A stretch of DNA of 64,000 nt from Octopus vulgaris. Its lineage: Eukaryota. Location of the stretch: positions 79,174,001 to 79,238,000 of the forward strand of contig OX597814.1 of NCBI GenBank assembly GCA_951406725.2, written 5' to 3'. The notes under the pieces were generated by a model that was given only the letters and a program-made list of their open reading frames with translations, did not search any database and was not told the DNA's origin. This document shows, piece by piece, positions 63,355 to 64,000 of the stretch. The position numbers and the translations under genes are program-made. The stretch's first letter is position 1. The number at the start of each line of letters is the position of its first letter.

Positions 63355-64000
63355 GTAATAAGGATTTACAGACATACAATTAGGGATACACGCACACATA
63401 TTTATAAAGATAAAACAGATACTCGCATACGTGTGTTTGTGAGTGCGCGTGCGCGCGCGAATGTGTGTGTGTTTGTGTGGGTGTGTGAGGGGGATATGGC
63501 TAAATAGATTAATGGATAATTAATAATACAGATATGTTCTGTGTTGAGTGTCCGTATGTTTTCGTTCTCGTCACAAATCCCAGTCATCTATGTCTCTTGT
63601 ATCGTATATTAATGTCAATTTCACAGCTTGCTTATCTTTGCTGATTCTTTGTAGTGGAAAAAGAGATTGCTAGGTGTCAATAAGTCAAGTAGCACATTTG
63701 AACAACAAGATAGTAGGTCATGTCCTCCCTTTCGCTGAATGGATAATTACTCTCTGAAAATACACACGCCTGTTTAATCAGAATAAATATACGTGCGTGT
63801 GCGCGCACGCCTATACGTATGTGTATGAATGAGAGAGAGAGAGAGAGAGAGTGAGGAGAGAGAACGCGCGTTTGCGTGTGTAAATTTTTTTCACGTTATG
63901 CATTTGCTTCATTTAATTCACGAAGCAATCAGGTCTGGCTGGCAAAATCGTGAGTCGAATCCATAAGAAATTAAACTGTCAGCCAAAGGATGGCTGGACG

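Overview
Eukaryotic, AT-rich, repeat-dense genomic DNA. The repeat repertoire (tRNA-head SINEs, RTE LINE 3' ends with (ATG)n tails, very long TA/CA microsatellites) looks like an Octopus-type cephalopod genome; this is inferred from memory of these repeats, not from a search. The only host coding sequence I can support is the first coding exon of TMEM135 on the minus strand (46534-46680), behind a CpG-retaining promoter. I found no further TMEM135 exon, so 1-46533 is probably intron 1. The rest is transposon debris: RTE, CR1-like and L1/Tx1-like LINEs, Penelope-like RT and GIY-YIG fragments, a full-length dead mariner, a Tigger/pogo derivative, a hAT-Charlie remnant, a Gypsy remnant, a Helitron and many SINEs, plus a 100-N gap. 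Almost all ORFs in the track are microsatellite or antisense artefacts. The best leads are structural: (i) several minimal hammerhead-ribozyme-like motifs, one inside a self-complementary ~450-bp retrozyme-like unit and two forming a fold-back pair; (ii) tandem hairpin + H-type pseudoknot arrays in RTE 3' UTRs, with pairing kept across subfamilies; (iii) two adjacent ~1-kb fold-back inversions centred on (TA)n tracts. No prokaryotic-type system (CRISPR etc.) is present. Repeat boundaries are approximate.
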